NCBI GenBank assembly: GCA_036009105.1
Contig: DASYMJ010000009.1
Span: 1,239-65,238 of the forward strand
Length of the DNA: 64,000 nt
Source: Thermoanaerobaculia bacterium
GTDB taxonomy: Bacteria > Acidobacteriota > Thermoanaerobaculia > Gp7-AA8
Direction: 5' to 3'
The position numbers and the translations under genes were made by a program. The notes beneath the pieces were generated by a model, which did not search any database, was not told the origin of the DNA, and saw nothing but the letters and a program-made list of their open reading frames with translations. Below, piece by piece: positions 43,422 to 52,455 of the stretch (position 1 is the stretch's first letter; each line of letters starts with the position of its first letter).

Positions 43422-44052
43422 TTGGGAAGCCGCGGCCGAGGACTTCATGGCCGCCGAACGCGGGCGCCTCGGCGGACCGCCGACGCCGGAAGAAGTCGTC
43501 GCCTACGCGCGCGGCGAGCTGTCGGAGGCCGATGCGTCGCGCGTGCGCTCGCTGCTCGTCTGCTATCCCGAGCTGACCTCGGTGCTCACCGAGCCGCCGC
43601 CGCGATTCGCCGCGCGCCGGCGCATCACCTCGACGCGGCTGTTCGCGCTGGCCGCGAGTGTGCTGCTCATCATCAGCGCCGGCCTCGGCATCCAGCTGCG
43701 GCGCCAGAGTCAGGAGTTGAACACGCCGCACGTGATGTCGGTTCACGACCTGACGCCGAGCCTGCTCACGCGCGGCCCGCGGCAGCCGCCGAACCGTCTG
43801 GTCGCGGACGAGAAGAATTCGGTGCTCGTATTCAACTACCTGCCGGAAGCGCCTCGCTATCGCATCGAGCTGCTGGAGGGAGCGCAGAGCCTGTGGACGG
43901 CAAGGGTTGCCAACAAGAACGGCGAGCCCATCCAGCTGTCCCTGCGGCGCGGCCTGGCGCCGGGCAACTATCGCGTCGATGTCTACGGAGCGGACGACTC
44001 GACGCCGCTGGCCACCTACGAGCTCCGCGTCAGCGAACCACCGCAGGAATGA
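43399..44052 (+). CDS. putative anti-sigma factor (paralogue B)
   Basis: ORF track 217 aa. Conserved with 32792..33547: TPEEVVAYARGELSEADASRVRSLLVCYPEL versus TVEEMLAYTRGELSPEDEERVRRLLVLHPEL. TM LFALAASVLLIISAGLGI. Confidence 0.6.
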   Translation: MTMSTRTDWEAAAEDFMAAERGRLGGPPTPEEVVAYARGELSEADASRVRSLLVCYPELTSVLTEPPPRFAARRRITSTRLFALAASVLLIISAGLGIQLRRQSQELNTPHVMSVHDLTPSLLTRGPRQPPNRLVADEKNSVLVFNYLPEAPRYRIELLEGAQSLWTARVANKNGEPIQLSLRRGLAPGNYRVDVYGADDSTPLATYELRVSEPPQE

Positions 44053-44185
44053 CCAGCAGCAGCACCGCGATGGGCAGCGCGCATCCCAACGGTGGTGCGA
44101 TGGACGTCCGGCCGCTCGGGTCTGCGCACGAGGAGCAGGATGAAACAGGCGATGCCGGCCGCGGCGGCGATGATGGAGAAGAGGA

Positions 44186-46687
44186 TCACAGGAAGGTCTC
44201 CTCGGGGTTGGACGCGATCGGCTTGGCGGGCAGCAGATCGGGAGCGGCCGCGGACTCCGCATGGCGCGAGGGGTCGTACTGCGAGCGGTAGTAGTCGAGC
44301 TGCCCGAGGATGTAGGCCGGGTAGTGCAGGACCCGGGTGAAGACCTGGATGCGCAGCGGATCGGCGGCGGGTTCCCGGTGCGCATCGGGAAAGCGGCGTT
44401 GCAGTTGCGCGGCGAACGCGGCGTCGGACGGGTCAGCCCAGAGCGTCGCGTCGCGCTGCATGGCGAGCTGCGCCTCCGGGTCGTCGTCGCGCAGGTCGAC
44501 CAGCGGCGCGCTGTGATCAGCGAGCCGCTTGAGGCGCTGCCCGGCGTCCCCGCTGAGCTGCGCCGCATGGGCGATGGTCAATTTGCGGAAGGGATCGATG
44601 GCGCGCGCGGCGAAAGCGGTCACGCGCTGCCTCAGCTCCTCGAGGGAGAGGCGCAGTGATTGCGAACGGCTCACGCACGTCTCGAAGAATTCGCGGAACA
44701 GCGGCTTGCGATCCTCCGAGGTGCGCTCGAACCAGCGGTCGACGTCCGCATCGTCGAGGATGGCGATGGACAGATGGTCGGATTGGATGGAGGGCGGCGC
44801 GAGCGACAACGCGAACTGCTCCAGCTCGACCGTGCGCGCGCGCAGCGCGTCGAGCATCTGCTTCGCGGCGTTGCGAGTGTCGTGCAGCACGCGCAGCGTG
44901 GCGCGGCGATGCGCCATGTCGCACTCGAACTGCAGCTCTTCCTGATGCGCGGTGTTCTTCGCCCGGTCGGTCAGCTCGATCTGGACGCGGATGCGCTCCA
45001 GCTCCTCGCGGGCGAGGCGGATGGGCGGCGCGATGTCGCGCACGTAGCGCACGGCGGAGTAGAGCGCGAAGAGGCCGAGAGCCATCGCGGCGGTCCAGTG
45101 GATGCGCTCCAGGTTCGGGCCCAGGACGCCGAACGCGAACGGCACCCCGTAGACCGCCGCAAAGCCGAACGCGGCCCACAGAATGGTGCGCCAGAGAAAT
45201 GCACGCCTCGCTTCCAGAGCCTCGCGCAGCGCCTGCTCCGCGCGCGGCCGGCGCGCGAAGAGCTCGCGCAGCCGCTGCTCCGCCGCCTCCGTCTCCCCCG
45301 CCAGCCGTGCCGCTTCGGCATCGCGCGCCGCGTGACGCGCCGTGTTGTTCGCCGTCTCCTCCGCGAACAACAGTTCGGGCAGGCGGCGCGCGAGCTCGTC
45401 GCGCTCCTCCTCCAGCGCCGCCAGTTGCTCCGGCGCGCTCTGCGCATCGAGCACGCCTGCGATCGGCTTCTGCTCGACGACGAGGTGGTCCAGCTCGCGG
45501 GCGCGTTTGCGGCCGGCGTCGCTCGCGGCGGTGTTCGGCGTGAAGCGCAGCCGCGCATCGAGCGCCGCCGTGGCGGCGTTGATCTCGGTGACCAGATTGC
45601 GCGGCGCGACATCCGTTTCGGCGTGCAAGTCCGGCAGCGGATCGACCAGCGCTTCGACCAGGCGGATCGCGGCCGCGTAGCCGTCGCGATCGAGCGATTC
45701 GTTCACCGTGCGGCCGAGCAGCGTGGCGAACTCGGTAGTGGTCTGCTCGCTCTGCGCGTGCAGCGTTTGCAGGTTCTGCGCATGGGTCGTATCGCGATGC
45801 ACCATCAGCTCGTGACGCACCGCGGCGATCACCTCCTCCGCCGTGCGGGTGTGCTCCGTCACCCGCGTCCTGGCCTGGAAGCGCTGGAACAGCGAGCGGC
45901 CGGCGTCGAGCCCGATGCGCGAGAGCGGCAGGGCGAAGGCCTCGCCAACGACGAACTGCCTCGCCGCCAGTTGCGGCTGCGGTGCCGCACCGGCGGCCAG
46001 CAACTTGCCGCGCACGAGCTCGGACGCGAAGCGCGTCTCCAGGCGCTGCGCGGCCACGTCGCGCGGGAAGAAGAGCTCCGCGCAGCCGAAGGAGCTGAAC
46101 GTCGGATCCATCCCGCGGGGACGCCGCCCTGCCGGCGCGCCGCTCATCTCCGGCTCCAGCAATACCGCGCCGGCAACGGCCTGCGCGTATGCGTCCTGCG
46201 ATTGCTCGAGATGGCCGAAGCGGACGCGGCTCGCGTTCATCGCGTCGAGAAGCCAGAACACGTCGAACGGCCGGGGCCGCGCGGCGCTGGCCAGCTTCAG
46301 CAGCGAATAGGCGGCGCCGTAGTCGGCCCCGGCGAAGAGATCGGGAAGCAGGCAGAGGATCTCGACGGTGAAGTAGGCCGCCAGGCGCCGCATGTCGTAG
46401 AGCTCACGCACCTGCCGCGCAACCTCGAGCACCTTCCCGCTGGTGGCGGACGTCACGAGCAGCACCAGCTCGCGCGTCTTGATGTCGTCCCGCGCGCGCA
46501 ACGGACTGTCCGGCGCCTGCCGACGCGCATGCACCGAAGCCACCGCCTCGGCGAGCGGCTCGCTGAAGATGGCGCGCATCTGCACCAGATCGTCGAGGCC
46601 GCACGCGGCGGCGACGCGCTGCTGCACGGCGGCGGCAAGCGACGCCGCCGCCTGGTCGAGAGCAAGGATGGTGACCGGCTTGAGCAT
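44186..46687 (-). CDS. large coiled-coil membrane protein whose N-terminal domain is a degenerate (GTP-motif-less) paralogue of the adjacent tubulin-like GTPase
   Basis: ORF track 833 aa. VTILALDQAAASL / LVLLVTSATSGK / PFDVFWLLDAMN align to VVIGLGGTGHGAL / VYIVGSVAGGTGSG / PFDLIYLLDNIN of 46691..49423. Two TM helices, LWRTILWAAFGFAAVYGVPFAFGVLG and WTAAMALGLFALYSAV. Confidence 0.6.
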   Translation of the reverse strand: MLKPVTILALDQAAASLAAAVQQRVAAACGLDDLVQMRAIFSEPLAEAVASVHARRQAPDSPLRARDDIKTRELVLLVTSATSGKVLEVARQVRELYDMRRLAAYFTVEILCLLPDLFAGADYGAAYSLLKLASAARPRPFDVFWLLDAMNASRVRFGHLEQSQDAYAQAVAGAVLLEPEMSGAPAGRRPRGMDPTFSSFGCAELFFPRDVAAQRLETRFASELVRGKLLAAGAAPQPQLAARQFVVGEAFALPLSRIGLDAGRSLFQRFQARTRVTEHTRTAEEVIAAVRHELMVHRDTTHAQNLQTLHAQSEQTTTEFATLLGRTVNESLDRDGYAAAIRLVEALVDPLPDLHAETDVAPRNLVTEINAATAALDARLRFTPNTAASDAGRKRARELDHLVVEQKPIAGVLDAQSAPEQLAALEEERDELARRLPELLFAEETANNTARHAARDAEAARLAGETEAAEQRLRELFARRPRAEQALREALEARRAFLWRTILWAAFGFAAVYGVPFAFGVLGPNLERIHWTAAMALGLFALYSAVRYVRDIAPPIRLAREELERIRVQIELTDRAKNTAHQEELQFECDMAHRRATLRVLHDTRNAAKQMLDALRARTVELEQFALSLAPPSIQSDHLSIAILDDADVDRWFERTSEDRKPLFREFFETCVSRSQSLRLSLEELRQRVTAFAARAIDPFRKLTIAHAAQLSGDAGQRLKRLADHSAPLVDLRDDDPEAQLAMQRDATLWADPSDAAFAAQLQRRFPDAHREPAADPLRIQVFTRVLHYPAYILGQLDYYRSQYDPSRHAESAAAPDLLPAKPIASNPEETFL

Positions 46688-46690
46688 GGC

Positions 46691-49423
46691 TCAGATCTCG
46701 ATCTGGCGCATGTAGTCCTCGATGGCCACGATCTCGCTCTCCACCTGATCCTTCACCGCCGCATCGACCGCGCCGGACATCTGCCGGGTGAGCGAGTCGC
46801 TGTAGTCCTTCAGGATCTGGATCACCTTCGCCGCTCCCTCGCGCGTGACGATCGCGTCGATGACCTCCTTCGCCTCCTGCACGCAATCGCGGTTCTTCTC
46901 GAAGGCCGCGTAGGCGGGCACGCGTCCCTGGGCGAGGCGTACGAGGTTGCCTTCCACGCGCTTGCCGTTCTTCGACTTCATCGAGTACCAGGCGCCCTCC
47001 CGGCGGATGAGCGCGAACGGTTCCGGCGCCTGGGCCACGGCGAACCAGCGCAGCGCCTCGCCATCGCCGCTGCGCGGCACGAGGTTCGGCACGTCCTGCC
47101 AGCGACGGTCGACATGATTGGAGATCGCCTTGTTCGGATCGAGGTAGGCGCGCTCCATGTCCTCGATCTCCGCCAGTGCGAAGAGCGGCACGCCGGTCTT
47201 GACCTTGAAGAGGAGGATGCGCCGCGGGTCGCGCGTGGAGACCATGCCCGCTTCCTTGTTGCCCGCGGGGACGCCGGCCTTGTACTTCGATTCCTTCAGG
47301 ATGGTCGTGTCGGCGTCGGCCACGCCGTAGTGGTAGAACTCGTTGATGACGGTCTGGCTCACCACCGGGATGCGGCCCACGTCGTAGCGCCACAGCGGCA
47401 CGGCGAGGTTGTCCAGCCGCTTGAGCTGCTGCGAGACTCCCTCCGGGGAAAGCCGCCGCAGGATGTCGTCCATGGTGAGCGACGTCAGCGCCTCATAGCG
47501 GCTCTCCACGAACTGGTTGATGTCCGCATGCACTTCCGCCGCGCGCAGGCCGGCCCACTGTGAGAGCGAGCCGTTGTGGTGATCGGCGTACCACTTGATG
47601 AAGTCCTCGCCCGTGACCTTCGGCCGGTGCTCGCCCGGATCGAAGCCGACGACCTGCTCGAAGAGGCGCGCATTGCCGCGGCTGTTCGTGGCATCGAGGT
47701 GCTGCTGCTCGAACTGCTTGCGCGCGGCGTTGAGGTTCTCCCGGATGCGATAGCAGTGGTCGAGGACGGATTGCGTGTGCGCGTGCAGCGACGAATAGAG
47801 CTCGGCCGCCTTCTCCAGGCGGGCCACGACGATGGTCAGCTCCGTCTCGCGATCGACGATGCCGCCGTAGACTTCGCAGGCGGTCTTGATGCGCGCCTCG
47901 CGCCTCAGAAACGCCCCCACCGCCTCCCCGATCTGCTCCTCCGCCGTCCTGAAATTGAGCGCCTTCAGTTTGGCGCGCTCCTCCTTCGCCTCGCCATCCA
48001 TCATGTTGCGGTACCACTCCAGCTTCGCCTGCAGCTTCTCGAAGAAGCGTTCCGCGCGGGTGAAGCCGTTCACGCGGTTGACCGCCGTTTCCCACCAGGC
48101 GTCAACGGCCCGCACCGATTCGTGGCACAGCTTCGCGAAGTTCGTGGCCATGGCCTGTGCAATCTGCCGCTCGGCCTTGGAGCGGTGGACGGCGTGCAGG
48201 TTCTTGACGGTGCCGAGCGCCTTGTTGTCGTACTTCATCTGGCCGAGGGGCATGGGGAAGCGGAGCTGGCCGCCGCCTTCCCGCTGGCTGAGCGCTTCGA
48301 TGACCTGATCGGCGTTGTCCTCGCGCAGGCGATGCTGGTCGATGAACTGCTGCACGTCCTGCTCGACGTCGGAATCGGCCACCGTGCCGTTGAGGAGATC
48401 GTCGATGACGAGGCGCTTTGCATCCTCGTACATCAGCGCATCGAAGGTGGGCATGGTCAGCGACGCAACGCCGAAGCTGCAGTACTGCGGCGAGCGCCCC
48501 TTCACCCGGCCGACGGTGGCGAGCTGGGTCTTGATGTTGTCGACGGCATTGGCGTTGTCGGTCCCGATCTGCGAGCCGATCTGGACGTACATGCCGTCCG
48601 CGATCACGTTGTGAATCTCCCCCTGCTCGGTGACCACCCGGCCCTGCTCGTTGATGTTGTCGAGGAGGTAGATCAGGTCGAACGGCGGGCGCGAGACTGC
48701 GACCTTCCGCATGCCGTAGTCGATCTCGAAGCGGGCCTTCGTGGTGGAAAGGTATTCGAGCTCTTTCAGCGCGCCGTATCCGTTCGGCTTGACCAGCCCC
48801 ACGCCCGCCTTGCTGCCGAAGACGCCCGGCAGGAGCAGCACGGCGGTGAAGTTCGATTGCTCGTCGTTCCCGATGAGGTCTCGGGCCATGAAGGCGACGT
48901 CGAGAAAGAGGCCGCTGCCGGTGCCGCCCGCGACGCTGCCGACGATGTAGACCTCGACGCCGGAGCGCTGGGAGACCTGGAACTGATCGGCGTACATCTG
49001 CTTCTGGTTGCGGATGCCGCGCACGTCGTCGACGGCTCTGCGGATGCGGCCGTACACGTCCGGCGCCCTGGCGAAAAGCGCGAGCCTGCCGCGAGCGCGG
49101 ACCTGACCGGCGCCGGCGATGATGGCCATGGTGGGGATGTCGGAGGGGAACCACTCGTCGATGTGCGGGTTCGTGCCGTTCACCAGGCCGGCCGGGTTGC
49201 CGACCTGCAGGACCAGGACCTCGCCGTGATCGAGCTCGCCGTCGTGCGGGGCTTGGCCCGTCCCCTCGGCGTTCTCGGTGGTGTCGATGGAGAGGAAGCG
49301 GATGATGGGCGGCACGAAGCCGTAGGCGTCGACGAAGCGCTTCTTGAGCTTGCGCAGCGCGCCGTGGCCGGTGCCGCCGAGGCCGATGACGACGGTGGGG
49401 CGAAACACGACGTTGTTCTTCAT
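46691..49423 (-). CDS. tubulin/FtsZ-superfamily GTPase (FtsZ-like-1 / Tubulin_2-type) with large helical C-terminal domain
   Basis: ORF track 910 aa. N-terminal G-box VVIGLGGTGHGAL. AGGTGSG matches the tubulin signature [SAG]GGTG[SA]G exactly. ATGA overlap with the upstream vWA-FHA gene. Confidence 0.75.
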   Translation of the reverse strand: MKNNVVFRPTVVIGLGGTGHGALRKLKKRFVDAYGFVPPIIRFLSIDTTENAEGTGQAPHDGELDHGEVLVLQVGNPAGLVNGTNPHIDEWFPSDIPTMAIIAGAGQVRARGRLALFARAPDVYGRIRRAVDDVRGIRNQKQMYADQFQVSQRSGVEVYIVGSVAGGTGSGLFLDVAFMARDLIGNDEQSNFTAVLLLPGVFGSKAGVGLVKPNGYGALKELEYLSTTKARFEIDYGMRKVAVSRPPFDLIYLLDNINEQGRVVTEQGEIHNVIADGMYVQIGSQIGTDNANAVDNIKTQLATVGRVKGRSPQYCSFGVASLTMPTFDALMYEDAKRLVIDDLLNGTVADSDVEQDVQQFIDQHRLREDNADQVIEALSQREGGGQLRFPMPLGQMKYDNKALGTVKNLHAVHRSKAERQIAQAMATNFAKLCHESVRAVDAWWETAVNRVNGFTRAERFFEKLQAKLEWYRNMMDGEAKEERAKLKALNFRTAEEQIGEAVGAFLRREARIKTACEVYGGIVDRETELTIVVARLEKAAELYSSLHAHTQSVLDHCYRIRENLNAARKQFEQQHLDATNSRGNARLFEQVVGFDPGEHRPKVTGEDFIKWYADHHNGSLSQWAGLRAAEVHADINQFVESRYEALTSLTMDDILRRLSPEGVSQQLKRLDNLAVPLWRYDVGRIPVVSQTVINEFYHYGVADADTTILKESKYKAGVPAGNKEAGMVSTRDPRRILLFKVKTGVPLFALAEIEDMERAYLDPNKAISNHVDRRWQDVPNLVPRSGDGEALRWFAVAQAPEPFALIRREGAWYSMKSKNGKRVEGNLVRLAQGRVPAYAAFEKNRDCVQEAKEVIDAIVTREGAAKVIQILKDYSDSLTRQMSGAVDAAVKDQVESEIVAIEDYMRQIEI

Positions 49424-50568
49424 GCGGGATCCTCCTGGAGCGACGGCCGCTTGTGGCCGAGGCGGTTGAAGCGCAAGGTGGCGTCGCCGATGCGGATGGT
49501 GTCGGCGTCGTAGAGCTGGGTCTCGGGGACTTCGATGTCGTTCACGCGCAGCGTCCCGCTGCCGGCGGCGATCCAGATCTTCTTCTCGCCATTACGGCGG
49601 CGGCAGAAAAGGCGCGCGTCGGAGCCGCCGAGGGCATCCGGCGGGACGATCGCGCTCAACGCCACGTCCTTGATTTTCAGGCGCGGCAGTCCGACATAGG
49701 CCGCGTCCGCGCCCACTGGCGGCGCCACGATCTCCAGCTCGCCCTCCAGCGTGTTGCGCTCGGTGATCGCCGCGAGGAGCTCGCCCGGCGATTTGCCGCT
49801 GTAGAGGACCAGGGCGATGGAGGCGAGGAGGAGGAGGACGGTGAGGGCGGCGAGCCACTTCCAGGAGGAGCTGCTCTTCGCCACCGGCGGTGGCTCCGGG
49901 AGCTTCTGCACCACCTTGGGCGGCGGTGGCGGCGGCTTCGGCGGCGGCTGCACCGTCTGCCGGATGCTGCTGACCGCCTCGGCGATGTCGTGCGGCTTGA
50001 GGATCTTCGTGCGCTCCGAGGCAAAGGCATCGAGCTGCTGCTCGTGCTCGCCGAGAGAGACGAAGAAGACGTACGGCTTGCTCGTCGCCACGCGCTGGAT
50101 GTTGGAGGCGATGGTGATCGGATCGGGGATGCCACGCACGTCCTCCTTGCCGTCGGTGAAGAGGACGATGGCCCGCTCGCGCGTGGGGTCTTTGCGGCGC
50201 ATCGACTGCTCCGAGGCGTCGAGGCCCTTCGCGATGGCGCCGCCGAGGTAGGTGCGCTTGCCGTTCGCGCGCAGAGCGCGGATCAGATCGTGCAGCCGGT
50301 CGCGATCCACCGGCCCGCGGATGTCCACCGACCCGCGAAGCTCGACCTCGCGAGCGAACGAGTAGAGCGTTACCGAGTCGCCGACGCTCGCCTCGTTCAC
50401 GAACGTGCCGATGGCGGACTTTACGTCTCCGAAGATGTTCCTCGTCCCGCCCACTCCCCGCATCGACTGCGAGGTGTCGACGAGAAAGATCCAGTCGACG
50501 GCGCCGCGCGTCTGGGCGCGCGCCGTCCCTGCCAACAGCAACACGACCGCAACGACGAGTCGTTTCAT
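49420..50568 (-). CDS. vWA - TM - FHA domain protein (secreted vWA, C-terminal FHA)
   Basis: Internal start MKRLVVAVVLLLAGTARAQ with SD GGAGGAG. vWA IFLVDTSQSM ... IVLFTDGKED. Pro-rich linker, TM LAALTVLLLLASIALVLY. FHA-like GSGTLRVNDIEV...TIRIGDATLRF. Confidence 0.75.
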   Translation of the reverse strand: MKRLVVAVVLLLAGTARAQTRGAVDWIFLVDTSQSMRGVGGTRNIFGDVKSAIGTFVNEASVGDSVTLYSFAREVELRGSVDIRGPVDRDRLHDLIRALRANGKRTYLGGAIAKGLDASEQSMRRKDPTRERAIVLFTDGKEDVRGIPDPITIASNIQRVATSKPYVFFVSLGEHEQQLDAFASERTKILKPHDIAEAVSSIRQTVQPPPKPPPPPPKVVQKLPEPPPVAKSSSSWKWLAALTVLLLLASIALVLYSGKSPGELLAAITERNTLEGELEIVAPPVGADAAYVGLPRLKIKDVALSAIVPPDALGGSDARLFCRRRNGEKKIWIAAGSGTLRVNDIEVPETQLYDADTIRIGDATLRFNRLGHKRPSLQEDPA

Positions 50569-51003
50569 CGCTCCTCCGTGGTGGTTCGTTGGAAAGACAC
50601 GGAGGGGTTCCATTTGTGGCGAAACACTTTTTCCGGCGCCGGATGGCTCGACCTCCTCTCCTCCATCCCCACCTTGGATCTGGCGCGATGGAGGGCGGCT
50701 CTCGCGGATGGGCGGTGGTGATGGTGGCGAAAGCCCACCACACGGCGTCGTCGCGAGGAGATCGCATCGCTGGGGCGATGGAAAGTCATGGCCTGGAAAC
50801 TGACCCGCCGCAGTAGCCATCATTGGTGGTGTGGATTTCCTTTAGACCCACCCTCCGTAGGGAAAGGAGTCCATTTATCCGTAACAGTGGAAATGCCTCG
50901 GCGCGCGCGCCGCCTGTGCCGCCGCTGTGAAGGTGAAGGCCGCGTCGACCTATCGCCTCAGCCCCGGTGTCTCTCTCACACCCGGCATGATGGAGGTTCC
51001 CCA

Positions 51004-52398
51004 ATGGTCTACCAACGAGTGACCAACCGTGTGGTTCCGATCGCCCTCGTCCTCACGATCCTCTTCCCCCTCCAGACTTTCGCCCAGGTCGATCCCGGCG
51101 TCCGCGGCGGCGCGGCCGGCGCGGGTGCTCCGCTGGCGTCGGTCGCAGCGAACAACCCGCTCACCATCCTCAACTTCTTCAACGACGCGAAGGACCGCTT
51201 CCAGGAAGTCGACTCCGTCTCCGGCACCGTCGCCGGAGAAGAAGGCTTCGGCCTCGGGCCGCGCTACAACTCGCGCAGCTGCGTCGCCTGCCACTCCCAG
51301 CCGGCGAGCGGCGGCTCCGCCCCGGCCACGAACCCGCAGGTCGGCGACGCCAGCGCGGACGGCGCCATCAACACCATCCCCTCGTTCATCACCCTGAGCG
51401 GGCCGGTGCGCGAGGCGCGCTTCATCTTCTTCACCGTCAACGGCGTTCCCGATCAGAACCAGCCGAACGGAGGGGTGGAAGACCTCTACACCATCCGCGG
51501 CCGCGTCGATGCCGGCGCCTGCAACCCGGGCCAGCCGGACTTCGCGGGGAACTTCGCGAACAACAACGTGATCTTCCGCATCCCCACCCCCACCTTCGGC
51601 TCCGGCCTGATGGAGAACATCGAAGAGGCAACCCTGTTGGCGAATCAGCAGGCGCAGGCCGGCAACGGCGTGGGCATCTCCGGCACGTTCAACCACAACG
51701 GCAACGACGGCACCATCACCCGCTTCGGCTGGAAGGCGCAGAACAAGTCGCTGGAGATCTTCGCCGGCGAGGCCTACAACGTGGAGATGGGCGTCAGCAA
51801 CGAGCTCTTCACCCAGGAGCGCCCGCTCCCGCGCGAAGACACGCTGAGCGGACTGCCGGCCAACTGCCGCATCAACCCCACCCCGGAGGACCGGACGAAC
51901 TTCAACACCACGGCCGTGGGCACGCTCAGCGACACCGTGCAGTTCGCGATGTTCATGCGCCTGCTCGCGCCGCCGACGCCCTCCACCACCGTCCCGGGCG
52001 GCGCCACCTCGATCGCGAACGGGCGCAGCCTGTTCAACGCCATCGGCTGCAACGTCTGCCACACGCCGACGCTGCGCACGAACCCCTCGCGCATCACGCC
52101 CGGCCTGGGCAGCGTGAACGCGAACCTGTTCAGCGACCTGGAGATCCACCACATGGGCACCACCCTGGCCGACAACGTGTCGCAGGGGGTCGCGGGCGGC
52201 GACCAGTTCCGCACCGCACCGCTGTGGGGCGTGGGGCAGCGCATCTTCTTCCTGCACGACGGCCGCACGAAGAACATCGTCTCGGCCATTTTCGCCCACC
52301 GCAGCTCCGGCTCGGAAGCGAGCACCGTGGAGTTCAACTTCGAGCTGCTCTCCACGTCCCAACGTCAGGACGTGGTCAACTTCCTTCGCTCACTCTGA
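51004..52398 (+). CDS. di-heme c-type oxidoreductase (DUF1111-like putative peroxidase / thiol oxidoreductase)
   Basis: Start MVYQRVTNRVVPIALVLTILFPLQTFAQ with SD GGAGG. Two CxxCH motifs (CVACHS, CNVCHT). RFGWKAQ motif. Confidence 0.75.
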   Translation: MVYQRVTNRVVPIALVLTILFPLQTFAQVDPGVRGGAAGAGAPLASVAANNPLTILNFFNDAKDRFQEVDSVSGTVAGEEGFGLGPRYNSRSCVACHSQPASGGSAPATNPQVGDASADGAINTIPSFITLSGPVREARFIFFTVNGVPDQNQPNGGVEDLYTIRGRVDAGACNPGQPDFAGNFANNNVIFRIPTPTFGSGLMENIEEATLLANQQAQAGNGVGISGTFNHNGNDGTITRFGWKAQNKSLEIFAGEAYNVEMGVSNELFTQERPLPREDTLSGLPANCRINPTPEDRTNFNTTAVGTLSDTVQFAMFMRLLAPPTPSTTVPGGATSIANGRSLFNAIGCNVCHTPTLRTNPSRITPGLGSVNANLFSDLEIHHMGTTLADNVSQGVAGGDQFRTAPLWGVGQRIFFLHDGRTKNIVSAIFAHRSSGSEASTVEFNFELLSTSQRQDVVNFLRSL

Positions 52399-52403
52399 TT
52401 CAT

Positions 52404-52441
52404 CCCGCGGGCCGCTGATGCGAAACGTCAGCGGCCCGCGG
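52404..52441. terminator. 14-bp perfect GC hairpin (CCCGCGGGCCGCTGA...TCAGCGGCCCGCGG)
   Basis: Seen directly, 6 nt after stop of the di-heme gene. Confidence 0.5.
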
Positions 52442-52455
52442 CTCCTGGAGGACTC

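Noticed and set aside
44660-49513. 967-aa and 645-aa plus-strand ORFs
   Set aside because: Antisense to the tubulin-like and membrane-paralogue genes. No domains. High-GC artefacts.
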